From assembly GCA_038230855.1 (NCBI GenBank), contig JBBRML010000004.1, forward strand, positions 15,562-79,561: a DNA stretch of 64,000 bases, written 5' to 3'. The number at the start of each line of letters is the position of its first letter. The stretch's first letter is position 1. This document shows positions 8,913 through 18,938 of the stretch, piece after piece. The stretch is from Fimbriimonadales bacterium. GTDB taxonomy: Bacteria; Armatimonadota; Fimbriimonadia; Fimbriimonadales; Fimbriimonadaceae. The translations under genes and the position numbers were made by a program. The notes under the pieces are model-generated. The model was given only the letters and a program-made list of their open reading frames with translations, was not told the DNA's origin and did no database searches.

Positions 8913-9788
8913 ATGACACCAGCCTACGATCCTGCGTCAATGATACGGGCACGCATTCTTCGTGCTACCGCCGATCTGCCGCCCTTGCCCACCGCGGTTC
9001 TGAGGATCATGCGAGAAGCTGAGCTACCAGACTCTTCAGTCTCTCGACTCGAGAAAATCGTTCTGACAGACCAAGCGCTGACGGCGCAACTACTTCGTGT
9101 CGTCAACTCTGCGTATTACGGTATGAGCGGCGAGGTCAGCAGCGTCAGCCAGGCGATTATGATTTTGGGCTTCCAGCAAGTGAGAAATCTCGCGATGAGC
9201 CTTTCTGCACTGAGCACGTTTCACCCGACATCTGCCCGCCAACGTGACACGGTGAAATGCTTCTGGGCCCACGCGTTTGCGACGGCAGCGGCCACACATT
9301 TTTTCAAGGAGCTCAAGCGACTACCAGAGAAGGTCGCGGCTCCCTTGTTTGTCGGTGGGCTCATCCACGACGTGGGTCGCCTCTTCCTGTTCGTGAACTA
9401 TACGTCCGCATACGATCAGGTACTTGACCGAGCCGCCCGCGAAGGAACTAGCGCGGAAGAGGCTGAGAAATCATTGCTAGGCACGACTCACGCTGAAGTC
9501 GGATTGCTTATCGCGCAGCACTGGAAGCTGCCGGAGAACCTCCAGCAAATGATCGGCGAGCACGAAGGCCCGTTCACCGCGAACACGCCCGTCGATATCC
9601 TTGTCATTCACATCGCGGATGCATTCAACAAGGCACTGTACTTTCCGTACACCGGTGAAAGCGTCGTAAAACTTGACCCGATCGCACAAGAATGGCTTGG
9701 TGTCGACCCCGCTTCGTTTGCCGAGATGCAGGAAGAGGTCTCGCGACGAGTTGAAGAAATGTCGCGACTCTTCGGAATCGCAGCCTAA
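8913..9788 (+). CDS. HDOD domain protein
   Basis: LPPLP, DQALTAQLLRVVNSAYYG, GLIHDVG, HAEVG...HWKLP; ATG at 8913 preferred. Confidence 0.9.
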   Translation: MTPAYDPASMIRARILRATADLPPLPTAVLRIMREAELPDSSVSRLEKIVLTDQALTAQLLRVVNSAYYGMSGEVSSVSQAIMILGFQQVRNLAMSLSALSTFHPTSARQRDTVKCFWAHAFATAAATHFFKELKRLPEKVAAPLFVGGLIHDVGRLFLFVNYTSAYDQVLDRAAREGTSAEEAEKSLLGTTHAEVGLLIAQHWKLPENLQQMIGEHEGPFTANTPVDILVIHIADAFNKALYFPYTGESVVKLDPIAQEWLGVDPASFAEMQEEVSRRVEEMSRLFGIAA

Positions 9789-9831
9789 CGGCTCAATAGC
9801 TGCGTCCGAGCGTGTAGATCAGCTCACCTGT

Positions 9832-9839
9832 ACCGATGA
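9832..9839 (+). promoter_or_regulatory. Possible sigma28 (FliA) -10 element upstream of fliD
   Basis: ACCGATGA resembles GCCGATAA; no convincing -35 TAAA at the expected spacing. Confidence 0.3.
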
Positions 9840-9858
9840 TTAACATGGAGAATTTGAA

Positions 9859-12129
9859 TTGGCAAGCACAGGCGTAACTTTTGGTGGGCTGTCCAGCGGC
9901 CTAGACACGACGAGCATCATCAACAGCATCGTGAATGCTGATTCCTCTGCGCTGACGCGAATGGCCACGAACCAGGGCGCGCTACTGCAAAAGCAAACTG
10001 TCTACAGTCAGCTATCGAGCCAACTTCAGTCATTTTCAACGACTGCGTCCTCGTTGAATATCCCTGGCGCATTCAACTCGATCAAAGCAGCATCATCCGA
10101 CACTGCGGTGGCGACGATCTCTGCAGGTGCGGGAGCAGCGGCCGGCGTTTATGCCCTGACCGTGTCCAAACTTGCGCAGTCACACAAAGTTTCCAGCACG
10201 GCTCAATCCGATACGACTACCGCTCTCGCCTTACCGAGCGGAACGTTTACGGTAAACGGGCACGCGATCGCTGTAGACGCGACTGATTCCCTTACGTCGA
10301 TCGCGAAGAAAATCAACGGCGTTCAGCCAGGGGTTGTAGCGAGCCTTATCAATGGTGGGGCGGGAAAAGCATATCTGACGCTTACTGCGACAAATTCGGG
10401 AGAGAGCAACAAAGTCCAAATTGGCGACCTGACCGGAAGCGTGGCTTCTACGCTCGGACTGATCTCGGGAGCAAGTACTGTCCGCAGTCCAATCACGAAT
10501 GGTGCTCAAAGTATGGCTTTGTCGTCAAACGGGACAACACTGGACAAGCTCCTCGGCACCAATGGAATCGCAGCGAAGTCCTTTTCGATCAACGGAACGA
10601 CAGTCGCCGTGGACGTCACGACGGATTCGTTACAAGGTGTGGCAGATAAGATCAATGGCGCCGGCATCACCGGTGTCTCTGCTACAGTGGCAAGCAAGAC
10701 TAGCGCCGGAGTCACCTCCTATCAGTTGCAGATTTCCGGAAGCAGCACAACTCCGACGTTGAGCGATACGGATGGATTTCTCAACGGGATCGGCGTCTTA
10801 CAGGCTGGCTACGGAAGTGAGCTTGTCGCCGCGCAGGACGCACATTACACTCTAGATGGAGTAGCCCTGACGAACACCTCAAACACAATCACAGACGCCG
10901 TGCCGGGCGTGTCAATGACCCTGCTGGCGGCAGACTCGACTACGCCAAAGACGGCAAACCTGAGCATGATTCAAGACACAAGTGCGGTCAAAAGCAAGGT
11001 TCAGAGCTTCGTCGACTCCTACAACGCGCTCAATCAGTTTATTTCCAGCAACTCAACCTTCGACGCGAAATCATTCCAGTCTGGTCAGCTGTTCGGCGAT
11101 TCGACGGCCCAGCAGATTGAATCATCCATGACTTCGATGCTATTTACATCTGTACCCGGACTTACGGGAACTTATCAAAATCTCGCTTCGATCGGTTTCG
11201 GCCTGGATAAGGACGGAAACATGACCGTTGACAATTCGATTCTGACGGACGCGATTTCCAGCCACCCCGACGCGGTCGCCGCCCTCTTTCAGGCCACAGG
11301 TACGACAGACAACACGGCGCTGTCATACATTTCGAGCACAAACGCTTCCAAGGCCTCCGCAAGTAGTGGGTACGCGGTCAATGTCACGCAAATTGCAACG
11401 AAGGGTGTGTACACGGCAGGCACAGCGCAAACAACGGCGTCCACGGTTGCAGAGAAGTTAACCTTCGGCGGCTCGTTGTTTGGCAACAAGGGCTACACCC
11501 TCGACCTCGACATTGGATCGACAGGGGCCACTACGGTCGCGAAAATCAATAGCGATTCAACCCTCAAAAACCTCATATTTGCATCGCTGGACAGCGGCGG
11601 CAAACTCTCGTTCGCGAGCAAACGTTTCGGCGCCCTCGGCAACTTTACAGTTGTGAGCGACCATAGTTCGTCGTCTGCGAACAGTGGTGTCGGGCCAGGA
11701 GGCGAGGGCGTCGGCGTCGCTGGTGTAGACATTGCAGGCACGATCAACGGCGAGGCCGCGACCGGAAACGGCCAGTTCCTCACGGGAAATACAGACAACG
11801 CGAAGACGGAAGGTTTACAGATTCAGTACACCGGCTCGACGACCGGGAGTATCGGGACAATGCAGTTCAGCAAGGGGATCGGCATGCAATCGTTTGGCGT
11901 ACTCGACAATTTTACGAACTCCAAAAGCGGCTTGCTCTCCGTGCTCAATTCTCAGATTCAGGATCAGATCACGCAGTTCGACAAGGAAATGGCGAGCGAG
12001 CAAAGTCGGTTAGACGACGAAAGAGTTGACCTGCGACTCAAATTTGCGCACATGGAGACGGCGATTGCGACGGCGAAACAGCAGGCAACGAGTTTGTCTG
12101 GCTTGGCGCTCACTTCTAGCTCAAAATAA
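9859..12129 (+). CDS. fliD: Flagellar filament cap protein (long form)
   Basis: GLSSGLDT...II N-terminus, VSKLAQSH, FVDSYNAL, GQLFGD, L...F..ME C-terminus; GGAG RBS before TTG. Confidence 0.92.
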   Translation: MASTGVTFGGLSSGLDTTSIINSIVNADSSALTRMATNQGALLQKQTVYSQLSSQLQSFSTTASSLNIPGAFNSIKAASSDTAVATISAGAGAAAGVYALTVSKLAQSHKVSSTAQSDTTTALALPSGTFTVNGHAIAVDATDSLTSIAKKINGVQPGVVASLINGGAGKAYLTLTATNSGESNKVQIGDLTGSVASTLGLISGASTVRSPITNGAQSMALSSNGTTLDKLLGTNGIAAKSFSINGTTVAVDVTTDSLQGVADKINGAGITGVSATVASKTSAGVTSYQLQISGSSTTPTLSDTDGFLNGIGVLQAGYGSELVAAQDAHYTLDGVALTNTSNTITDAVPGVSMTLLAADSTTPKTANLSMIQDTSAVKSKVQSFVDSYNALNQFISSNSTFDAKSFQSGQLFGDSTAQQIESSMTSMLFTSVPGLTGTYQNLASIGFGLDKDGNMTVDNSILTDAISSHPDAVAALFQATGTTDNTALSYISSTNASKASASSGYAVNVTQIATKGVYTAGTAQTTASTVAEKLTFGGSLFGNKGYTLDLDIGSTGATTVAKINSDSTLKNLIFASLDSGGKLSFASKRFGALGNFTVVSDHSSSSANSGVGPGGEGVGVAGVDIAGTINGEAATGNGQFLTGNTDNAKTEGLQIQYTGSTTGSIGTMQFSKGIGMQSFGVLDNFTNSKSGLLSVLNSQIQDQITQFDKEMASEQSRLDDERVDLRLKFAHMETAIATAKQQATSLSGLALTSSSK

Positions 12130-12877
12130 GCAGAATTGAGGCGACGGCGGCAAGCGCCATGATGATCCAGCTAAATACGTCTTGAGGAATAACCTTAAAA
12201 AGACGCTTTCCGGTCAGAGCGCCCGCGACGATCAATACAATTGCTGCGGCGTCGAATGCCAACGTATTTGAACTCAGAAGAGGCGTCGACGGCTGCATTT
12301 TCGTGACGAAGATGATGAGCGGCACTTTGACAAGATTGAAGATCATAAAGTAAACGGCGCTCGTGCTAATCAACTGTTGCTTGGTCAACTTTGCCGCCGT
12401 CATGTAAATTGACATAATGGGGCCGGCCGCGTTCGCCGTCATCGTGGTGAACCCGGCGAGGCCGCCTGTCACCTGAACTCCAACTGTCGAAGTCGGGACA
12501 AGCTTGTCACCAAATTTCTTGCGCATTAAGGTGATGGCCAGCATTCCCAGAACGATGGAACCGATTGTGACATTGAGTACGTGAGGCTTCCCAAAGTTGA
12601 GCAAGAACCAAGTCCCGGCAATCAAGCCAACGACCACGGTCGGAGCAAGTCGCCTAAGATGAGACCATTGGATTTCGCTGTGGTGGATCCACACTGCGCA
12701 GATGTCACCAGTGATAAGCATCGGTAATGTAGCCCCGATGGAAAGACGCGATCCGAACGAGTGGGCCATAAGAGGCACGACCAGTATTCCCGCCCCCGGG
12801 AGTCCAGCCTTCGAAAATCCGACGATGAATGCCGCTATTCCGGCAAATATTATCGCCTGAGGAGCGAGCTCGAACAC
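12116..12877 (-). CDS. TauE/SafE (TSUP) family membrane protein
   Basis: GFSKAGLPGAG and GGLAGFTTMTANAAGP motifs; about 8 TM helices. Confidence 0.88.
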   Translation of the reverse strand: MFELAPQAIIFAGIAAFIVGFSKAGLPGAGILVVPLMAHSFGSRLSIGATLPMLITGDICAVWIHHSEIQWSHLRRLAPTVVVGLIAGTWFLLNFGKPHVLNVTIGSIVLGMLAITLMRKKFGDKLVPTSTVGVQVTGGLAGFTTMTANAAGPIMSIYMTAAKLTKQQLISTSAVYFMIFNLVKVPLIIFVTKMQPSTPLLSSNTLAFDAAAIVLIVAGALTGKRLFKVIPQDVFSWIIMALAAVASILLILS

Positions 12878-13882
12878 TTAGTACCGAACAGTCTGAAGTG
12901 CGGCCTGGACGAGCTTCTCGACTGAGGGAAGCACGAATAGCTCTAACGGCTTCACCCACGGAACTGGCGTGTCCAAGCGAGTAATTCGTACGGGTGGGGC
13001 ATCCAAGAGGCTAAAAGCATTCTGGGAGATGCGGGCGATAATCTCTCCCGCGAATCCGCACGTCATCGGTGCCTCGTTCACGACAATCACCCGGTTAGTT
13101 TTGGCGAGCGACGCGTAAATTGTCTCTTCATCCAGAGGCACGAGGGTCCGTATGTCGATCACTTCGGCCTCGATGCCTTGCTTGGCGAGTTCATCGGCGG
13201 CAAGCAAGCAGTGATAGACGTTCTGTCCATAACTCACAAAGGTGATATCGGTGCCGGTGCGTCGCACGGCGGCCTTGCCGAGCGGTACGAGGTAGTCCCC
13301 TTCAGGAATCATTTCCTCAATATCTTTGCGTCGGTACAGTTCCTTTATCTCTAGGAATATCACTGGATTGCCGTCTCGCAAACTACTTTTCAGGAGGCCC
13401 TTCGCATCGGATGGCGTCGACGGGCATACTACTTTCAGGCCCGGCGCGTTGCAGAACCATGCCTCCGGCATCTGGCTGTGATACAGGGCGCCGCCGCCGT
13501 ACGCGCCCGCCGGTCCACGCACGACAACCGGCATATTCACTTCGCCAGCCGTTCGATAATGGTAAGTGGCCATCATGTTTACAATCTGGTCGAAACCGCA
13601 CGAGATGAAGTCGATGAACTGCATCTCGGCCATTACAGTCATGCCGTTTAGCGCTAGGCCGACCGCCGAACCAATGATGCACGCCTCGGAAATCGGCATG
13701 TCGATAACTCGCTCCTGACCGAACTTCGCCTGGAGGCCCTCCGTAACACCGAAGGCTCCGCCGAGCTTGCCAATGTCCTCACCTTGACAGATCATGTTGG
13801 CGTTCATCGCCATTTCCTCGAACATCCCTTCCTTCAAGGCAGTTAGGAAGTTCTTCTTTGCGGGGGCAGCAACGGCGCTCAT
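12878..13882 (-). CDS. 2-oxoacid dehydrogenase E1 beta subunit
   Basis: GEDIG..GGAF.VT.GL, DMPISEA, EMQFIDF and EVIDIRTLVPLD motifs. Confidence 0.93.
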   Translation of the reverse strand: MSAVAAPAKKNFLTALKEGMFEEMAMNANMICQGEDIGKLGGAFGVTEGLQAKFGQERVIDMPISEACIIGSAVGLALNGMTVMAEMQFIDFISCGFDQIVNMMATYHYRTAGEVNMPVVVRGPAGAYGGGALYHSQMPEAWFCNAPGLKVVCPSTPSDAKGLLKSSLRDGNPVIFLEIKELYRRKDIEEMIPEGDYLVPLGKAAVRRTGTDITFVSYGQNVYHCLLAADELAKQGIEAEVIDIRTLVPLDEETIYASLAKTNRVIVVNEAPMTCGFAGEIIARISQNAFSLLDAPPVRITRLDTPVPWVKPLELFVLPSVEKLVQAALQTVRY

Positions 13883-14955
13883 GAGTTCTCCCTAAAGACC
13901 CACATGCCGCCTTCTTCAGGCGAGGGCATCGAAGAGGCCAGGGCGAATTCGACGCCTCTGGTCATGTACGCGACGACCTCAGGCGGAAAATCTTCGTTCG
14001 CGGCTTGCATCGCATCCTTCCCTTCCGCGATGTACTGGCCAGCCTCGGTTGAGCTCAAATATCCGAGTTCGACGAGGCGCTTACGACACATCGCAATCGG
14101 ATCTCGCGCGCGTCCTCGCTCAACATCCGCGGCGGGACGGTACCTGACCGCACGGTCGTTGTCGTGGTCGCCATGGCCGTAGGCGCGAAAAGTCTTGCAC
14201 TCAACAATGCTGGGGCCGTTGCCATTTCGAGCGTGCTCCACGGCTTGCAAAACCTTGTCGTAGACATCGAAAACATCCTGTCCATCCGCAACGAGGCCCG
14301 GGATCCCGTAGCCGTCCGCTCGCCGGGCGAAGTCTTCGAGACTGTATTCAAACTCTGTCGGAGTACCGTACGCCCATTGGTTGTTTTCGATGATCGTGAC
14401 GACCGGCAACTTGTGCACCGCCGCGTAGTTGATCGCTTCGTGAAAAATCCCCTGAGCCGTTGAACCTTCACCGTTATAGGTAACAGCGACCGCGTCGCCG
14501 CCACGTAAGCGGTCGGCGTAGACGACACCGGCGGCAGTTGGAATCGTGCCCGCTAACATGGAAGTGCTATGAATAATATGCTTTTCGCGGCTTCCGATAT
14601 GGCTCCAGTTATCGCGAGCGCGTCCAGGAGAACCCAATCTTCCCCACACTTGACAGCACACTTCCTCGATGCTCATGCCCATCCGATCGGACTTCGTCCA
14701 ATTGAACTTCGCGTCCTTCAAGAAAAAAGCGGGCATGTCTCGGTGGATCGGAGAAACCCAATCGGTCGAGCGGAGTCCGAACAGTGACCCGACGATGATC
14801 GCCTCTTGGTTGTGGCTAGAGTAGAGGGTGCCCGTTAGGCGGCCCTTCTTCTTCTCTTTGATCAGCCGGACGTCGAAATATCGAGCCAAGTAGAGTTGCT
14901 TGAACATCTCCAAGCAATCTTCTTTCGTCAATAGATCGGATGCTGAACTGGCCAT
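13879..14955 (-). CDS. TPP-dependent 2-oxoacid dehydrogenase E1 alpha subunit
   Basis: Likely start MASSASD at 14955 (AGGA RBS); GEGSTAQG...ENNQWA TPP motif; R..GH..HD...Y loop. Confidence 0.9.
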   Translation of the reverse strand: MASSASDLLTKEDCLEMFKQLYLARYFDVRLIKEKKKGRLTGTLYSSHNQEAIIVGSLFGLRSTDWVSPIHRDMPAFFLKDAKFNWTKSDRMGMSIEEVCCQVWGRLGSPGRARDNWSHIGSREKHIIHSTSMLAGTIPTAAGVVYADRLRGGDAVAVTYNGEGSTAQGIFHEAINYAAVHKLPVVTIIENNQWAYGTPTEFEYSLEDFARRADGYGIPGLVADGQDVFDVYDKVLQAVEHARNGNGPSIVECKTFRAYGHGDHDNDRAVRYRPAADVERGRARDPIAMCRKRLVELGYLSSTEAGQYIAEGKDAMQAANEDFPPEVVAYMTRGVEFALASSMPSPEEGGMWVFRENS

Positions 14956-15062
14956 TCCTTGGCTGAGCTGATTTGGCTTAGTGCCGGTTTTGGAACTCAA
15001 TAGCGTGGTCTCCACTACAGGTGAGGCTAAGAGATTACCCAACCTCAAGGGTAATTCTCGGC

Positions 15063-15101
15063 AAAAGAGGCTCGATCGGGTATGCCGATCGAGCCTCTTT
15101 T
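15063..15101. terminator. Bidirectional intrinsic terminator
   Basis: AAAAGAGGCTCGATCGG-GTATG-CCGATCGAGCCTCTTTT perfect inverted repeat. Confidence 0.9.
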
Positions 15102-15115
15102 GAAGCATTGCGTGC

Positions 15116-16114
15116 TTACGCGCCGAGAATGAATTCGAAGAAATCGGCCGGCGTCGAGTATCCCACGCGAGTTGCGGCAACTGAGCCGTCCGCATTCAGG
15201 ATTAGTTGAGTGGGCATCGCCTCAATCTTGTAGTGAGCGGCGACACCTTTCTGCTCGTCCACGTCGATTCGCGCGAACACAAATTTCTTGCTTAAAGCCT
15301 TGAACTTGGACGTGCCAAAAACTTCGGCTTCTAGTCGCTTGCAGGGACCGCACCAAGAGGCCATGAAGTCAACGAAGATTCGCTTGCCAGATTTCTGAGC
15401 GATCGACTTTGCTTGTTCCATGTCGGTGTACCATCGACCGCCGTTGTATTCGTCGACCGAAAGCTCACGAGCGTCGCTTGGCGCCTTGAACTCAAATGTA
15501 TCGGCCTTCAATGCCTTGTTCAGAGCCACATCGGGAGCGTCAATCAGGACTGACTTTGCGTCGCTTTCCTTTCGCTTGTACTGAACAAGCGCTTTGTGCG
15601 CGATGCCGTCTGTCGTGTCGACGTAGTACGTGACGACGCGTTGCTCGTTCGCATCATAGATCGCTTCTACGGCTTTTGCCTGTTTGCCGCTGATGGTCTT
15701 TGTTCCCTTTGAGGCAGTGGCGACCGGTCGGTAAGCATTCTCCGTGAAGAATCCGGCCCAGACGTTCAAGTCCTCATAGGCGAAGATGCCTCGCAAGTCC
15801 CCGATATTTTGTGGCATCTTGACAAATGACTGGTCGCCCTTGTCGTAGATCGTGAGATTCTTACCGTCCGCCACGTACAGCATGTCAGGAGTCTCAACCC
15901 GAGCCAGATTTGGCTTTTGGAGAGCGATGCTGTAGGTGCGCTGCGCTCCGCCGATGTCCTGAACGATATAGCTACCCGCCATCGTCTTCGCGCTGGTCAA
16001 GCTTGCGCCGAGAGACGTGATGATCGCCTTCCCCGCGGAATTGGTCGCGCCCGTTTGGGCGTACGAAACAGCCATCACAGCTGTGAGTGTTGCGATAATA
16101 TGTATTCGCTTCAA
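15116..16114 (-). CDS. Secreted LolA/DUF2092-like + thioredoxin fusion
   Basis: Signal peptide; KPNLARVE...ADGKNL..YD LolA-like strands; C-terminal FMASWCGPC thioredoxin; AGGAG RBS. Confidence 0.8.
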   Translation of the reverse strand: MKRIHIIATLTAVMAVSYAQTGATNSAGKAIITSLGASLTSAKTMAGSYIVQDIGGAQRTYSIALQKPNLARVETPDMLYVADGKNLTIYDKGDQSFVKMPQNIGDLRGIFAYEDLNVWAGFFTENAYRPVATASKGTKTISGKQAKAVEAIYDANEQRVVTYYVDTTDGIAHKALVQYKRKESDAKSVLIDAPDVALNKALKADTFEFKAPSDARELSVDEYNGGRWYTDMEQAKSIAQKSGKRIFVDFMASWCGPCKRLEAEVFGTSKFKALSKKFVFARIDVDEQKGVAAHYKIEAMPTQLILNADGSVAATRVGYSTPADFFEFILGA

Positions 16115-16197
16115 AATATGGCTCCTGCGAACATCGTTCGACTGTTGTTACTATAGCGTAGGGATGCGGAATTAGCATCGCGTACGGGCCTTTCCCT

Positions 16198-17532
16198 ATG
16201 GATTCTAAGAAAATTCGGCTACTGCTAGCAGCGATCGTGCTAATGCACCTGACGTTGGCGTATCTTTTTGCGAGCCAGACACCATTTCGGCAAGCAGGAA
16301 TTCTGCTGTCTCAGGCAAGAGACCCGGAAACCGGGTTGCATCCGAAAATCGGCGACGTTGGCGCACCTGACGAACGACAGCACGTCAACTACATTCGGCG
16401 ACTCGCGAATCACCAGGGCCTGCCCGTTTTCAATCCGAAGGACCCCAATCTCTACGAAAACTATCAAAGCCACCAACCGCCGGTCTTTTATTCCATTGGT
16501 GCGGTTTGGGCGTCTATCTTAGATGCACCGGCCGAAGACACTTTCGGGCGATCCGTTCGGTACCTGAATATACTTTTCGGCGGGTGCACGGTTATCGCGG
16601 TGTTCTTTCTCGGCAAATTCAGCTTTGACGAGCGGACGGGCCTGCTCGCAAGTTGTTGGGTCGCGGTTTTGCCGATGTTTTGCGCCCTGTCGGGCGCCGT
16701 CTCCAACGATCCGTTACTGTTTCTACTCTGTACTATCGAATTGGCATTAGTCGCGTACGGATTGAGGCACGGATGCACACTGCACACTACGGTGGCGATG
16801 GCGCTGGTGCTCGGGCTCGCCCTGTGGACGAAGACGACGTCGGTTGCCCTACTGCCAGCCATGGTTGTCGCTATCGCCGCGGCTCGAAAGAAATCAGACG
16901 CGAAATACTTGCTCATCGCGACGTTGTCTGGCCTGGTGATGATTCTGCCGTGGTGGCTGCGTAATCAGAATCTCTACGGCGATCCGCTTGCGTTGAAAGC
17001 CTTCGACGACGCATTTGTCGGCACTGCGCAAGCCGCGTCCTTTGTTCAGGGCTACGGCCTGTTCGGCTACCTCGTGAACTGGGTCGGGTGGTGGACCGCG
17101 AGGTCATTCTTCGGAATATTTGGGTACATGGACATCGCGATGAACGAGAAAGGGCTCCCCGGAGCGAACTGCCCGAACACCCTTTACCGACTATTGCTCG
17201 TCGGAACAATTGTCGCCATTCTCGGCTACTTCCTAGCGCCACAATCAAAGATCAAGTCAGATGTCGTGCAGTGGGTAAATCTGACGTTCGGCTTCGTGAT
17301 CCTCGCGCTGTTCCTCAAGTTCAATATGCATTATTTTCAGGCCCAGGCTAGGTATCTGTACCCTGCGATCGGACCAATTGCCGTTGCCTTTTCCGCAGGA
17401 CTGCTTCACCTTACCAAAGGCAGGTTCAAGGTCGCAGCCGCGATCACTGTCCTCATTTTTGGGTCGGTGACAATCTACGCCGGGACTTCACTTTCTGATG
17501 CGTTCCGGCAACGCACGGATCTGGTGCGCTGA
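16198..17532 (+). CDS. GT-C membrane glycosyltransferase (ArnT/PMT/DUF2142-like)
   Basis: PDE..H motif, HQPPVFY, SNDPL, multiple TM helices, QARYLYP. Confidence 0.8.
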   Translation: MDSKKIRLLLAAIVLMHLTLAYLFASQTPFRQAGILLSQARDPETGLHPKIGDVGAPDERQHVNYIRRLANHQGLPVFNPKDPNLYENYQSHQPPVFYSIGAVWASILDAPAEDTFGRSVRYLNILFGGCTVIAVFFLGKFSFDERTGLLASCWVAVLPMFCALSGAVSNDPLLFLLCTIELALVAYGLRHGCTLHTTVAMALVLGLALWTKTTSVALLPAMVVAIAAARKKSDAKYLLIATLSGLVMILPWWLRNQNLYGDPLALKAFDDAFVGTAQAASFVQGYGLFGYLVNWVGWWTARSFFGIFGYMDIAMNEKGLPGANCPNTLYRLLLVGTIVAILGYFLAPQSKIKSDVVQWVNLTFGFVILALFLKFNMHYFQAQARYLYPAIGPIAVAFSAGLLHLTKGRFKVAAAITVLIFGSVTIYAGTSLSDAFRQRTDLVR

Positions 17533-17535
17533 AGC

Positions 17536-17560
17536 GAACCGTTCGCAAGCGTAACACGTT
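17536..17560 (+). promoter_or_regulatory. Possible ECF-sigma autoregulatory promoter GAACC-N16-CGTT
   Basis: Matches the generic ECF AAC/CGT pattern about 20 nt upstream of the ECF gene. Confidence 0.35.
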
Positions 17561-17580
17561 GAGCAACCGAAGCGTCACAT

Positions 17581-18159
17581 TTGGAAATCGTGGTGTCAGT
17601 GATCGTTGAGAAAGCCAAACCGGGAACATTTGACGAGGACATCGTTCTTGTTGAGCGCTTTTTGGGCGGTGACGCGAGTGCGTTCGAGGCGCTGTACGCA
17701 AAGTATCACGAGAAGGTCTTTGCAATCGCCCGCGGCATTCTTCTGGACACCGATGAGGCGCACGACGCTGTGCAAGAAGTCTTCACGCTCGTATACCGGC
17801 ACCTGGGAAGATTTGATAAGCGATCTCGATTCAGCACGTGGCTCTTCAGAGTTGCCGTCAATCGAAGCATCCAGGAGGCGCGCAAGTTCCGCCACCGAGC
17901 GAAAACGGTCGAACTGAACGAAGCGGTAGCAAATTTAGCGGAGGATCCGCCTGAGTCGCACGATCCGCGCGTACAAATTGCGTTGGCAAAGCTCTCGCCG
18001 AACGATCGAGCGCTCCTGATTCTGTTTTACTGGGAAGATCTCAGCTTGCAGGACATTGCCCAGAGCATTGGGTGCGGCGTGAACGCAGCCAAGACTCGAC
18101 TTTATCGGTCTCGCGAACGATTTCGGGTCATCTTTGAGGACACGGGAGAAGAGGCATGA
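17581..18159 (+). CDS. ECF RNA polymerase sigma factor
   Basis: AHDAVQEVF, FSTWLFRVAVN, LSLQDIAQSIG...KTRLYRSR. Confidence 0.93.
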   Translation: MEIVVSVIVEKAKPGTFDEDIVLVERFLGGDASAFEALYAKYHEKVFAIARGILLDTDEAHDAVQEVFTLVYRHLGRFDKRSRFSTWLFRVAVNRSIQEARKFRHRAKTVELNEAVANLAEDPPESHDPRVQIALAKLSPNDRALLILFYWEDLSLQDIAQSIGCGVNAAKTRLYRSRERFRVIFEDTGEEA

Positions 18160-18911
18160 AGCAGCGCATCCCCGTTGAAATCGATTCGCTCATGTGGACG
18201 CTTGCGGAAACTAAGAATCAGGCGGCGATCGACGAGTTCATCAGCCGTAACCCGCTTTACCGAGCCCAACTTCTGAAGCGCATCGAGACGGTGGGCGGAC
18301 TTAAAGCGGCTAAAGTGCCGGCTACGACTCGGGTGCAAGCCCCACGGTTCGAGCCGTTGAAGACGGTACCTTCAGATCCATCGCGCATGCTCGTCGGAAT
18401 CGGTATTGGCGTGGGGCTTATGATCCTAGCCATCGCCGCATTTGTCTTGACATATAACTTTGCCCCTAGTGCGGAGCTTGCGCCGAGCAAAAAGCCTCCG
18501 AATGTGCACGCGACGCGCAAGGGCCAAACTCCAGAGCAGCCAAAGCCTGATTTGACTCCGGATAAGTCTTCCGGTACCGTTGAAAATTCTCTGCCCGTTG
18601 AAAACGAATCGGCGTCCACGGTCATTCTTTCAATTCGAAGCAATGGACAGCCGCTTGCGTCGATATTTCGCACGCTCGAGTCGCTGGCAAAGGTCGAGAT
18701 AATCTCGTCTAGGGACCTCGACTCAAAGATTGTCTCCGCGAAGTTTTCGGATGTTACGGCGATGCAGGCGCTTGAAACCATGGGGTTGATGTACGGATTC
18801 ACGGCAATTGATCAGCACAACGGGCAGATCATCGTGCTCCCAGGAACGACGCAAAAGGGGTCGAGCGGAACCGCCAGCAAAAATTTGGACCAGCGCCGAA
18901 TTGGCGGGTAA
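18156..18911 (+). CDS. Putative membrane anti-sigma factor with C-terminal STN/FecR-C-like domain
   Basis: ATGA overlap with the sigma gene; single TM; Pro-rich linker; GQPLASIFRTLE...SAKFSDV...AL STN-like pattern. Confidence 0.65.
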   Translation: MKQRIPVEIDSLMWTLAETKNQAAIDEFISRNPLYRAQLLKRIETVGGLKAAKVPATTRVQAPRFEPLKTVPSDPSRMLVGIGIGVGLMILAIAAFVLTYNFAPSAELAPSKKPPNVHATRKGQTPEQPKPDLTPDKSSGTVENSLPVENESASTVILSIRSNGQPLASIFRTLESLAKVEIISSRDLDSKIVSAKFSDVTAMQALETMGLMYGFTAIDQHNGQIIVLPGTTQKGSSGTASKNLDQRRIGG

Positions 18912-18938
18912 GTCGGCCGATTCCTGCCTTTTTGCGCG

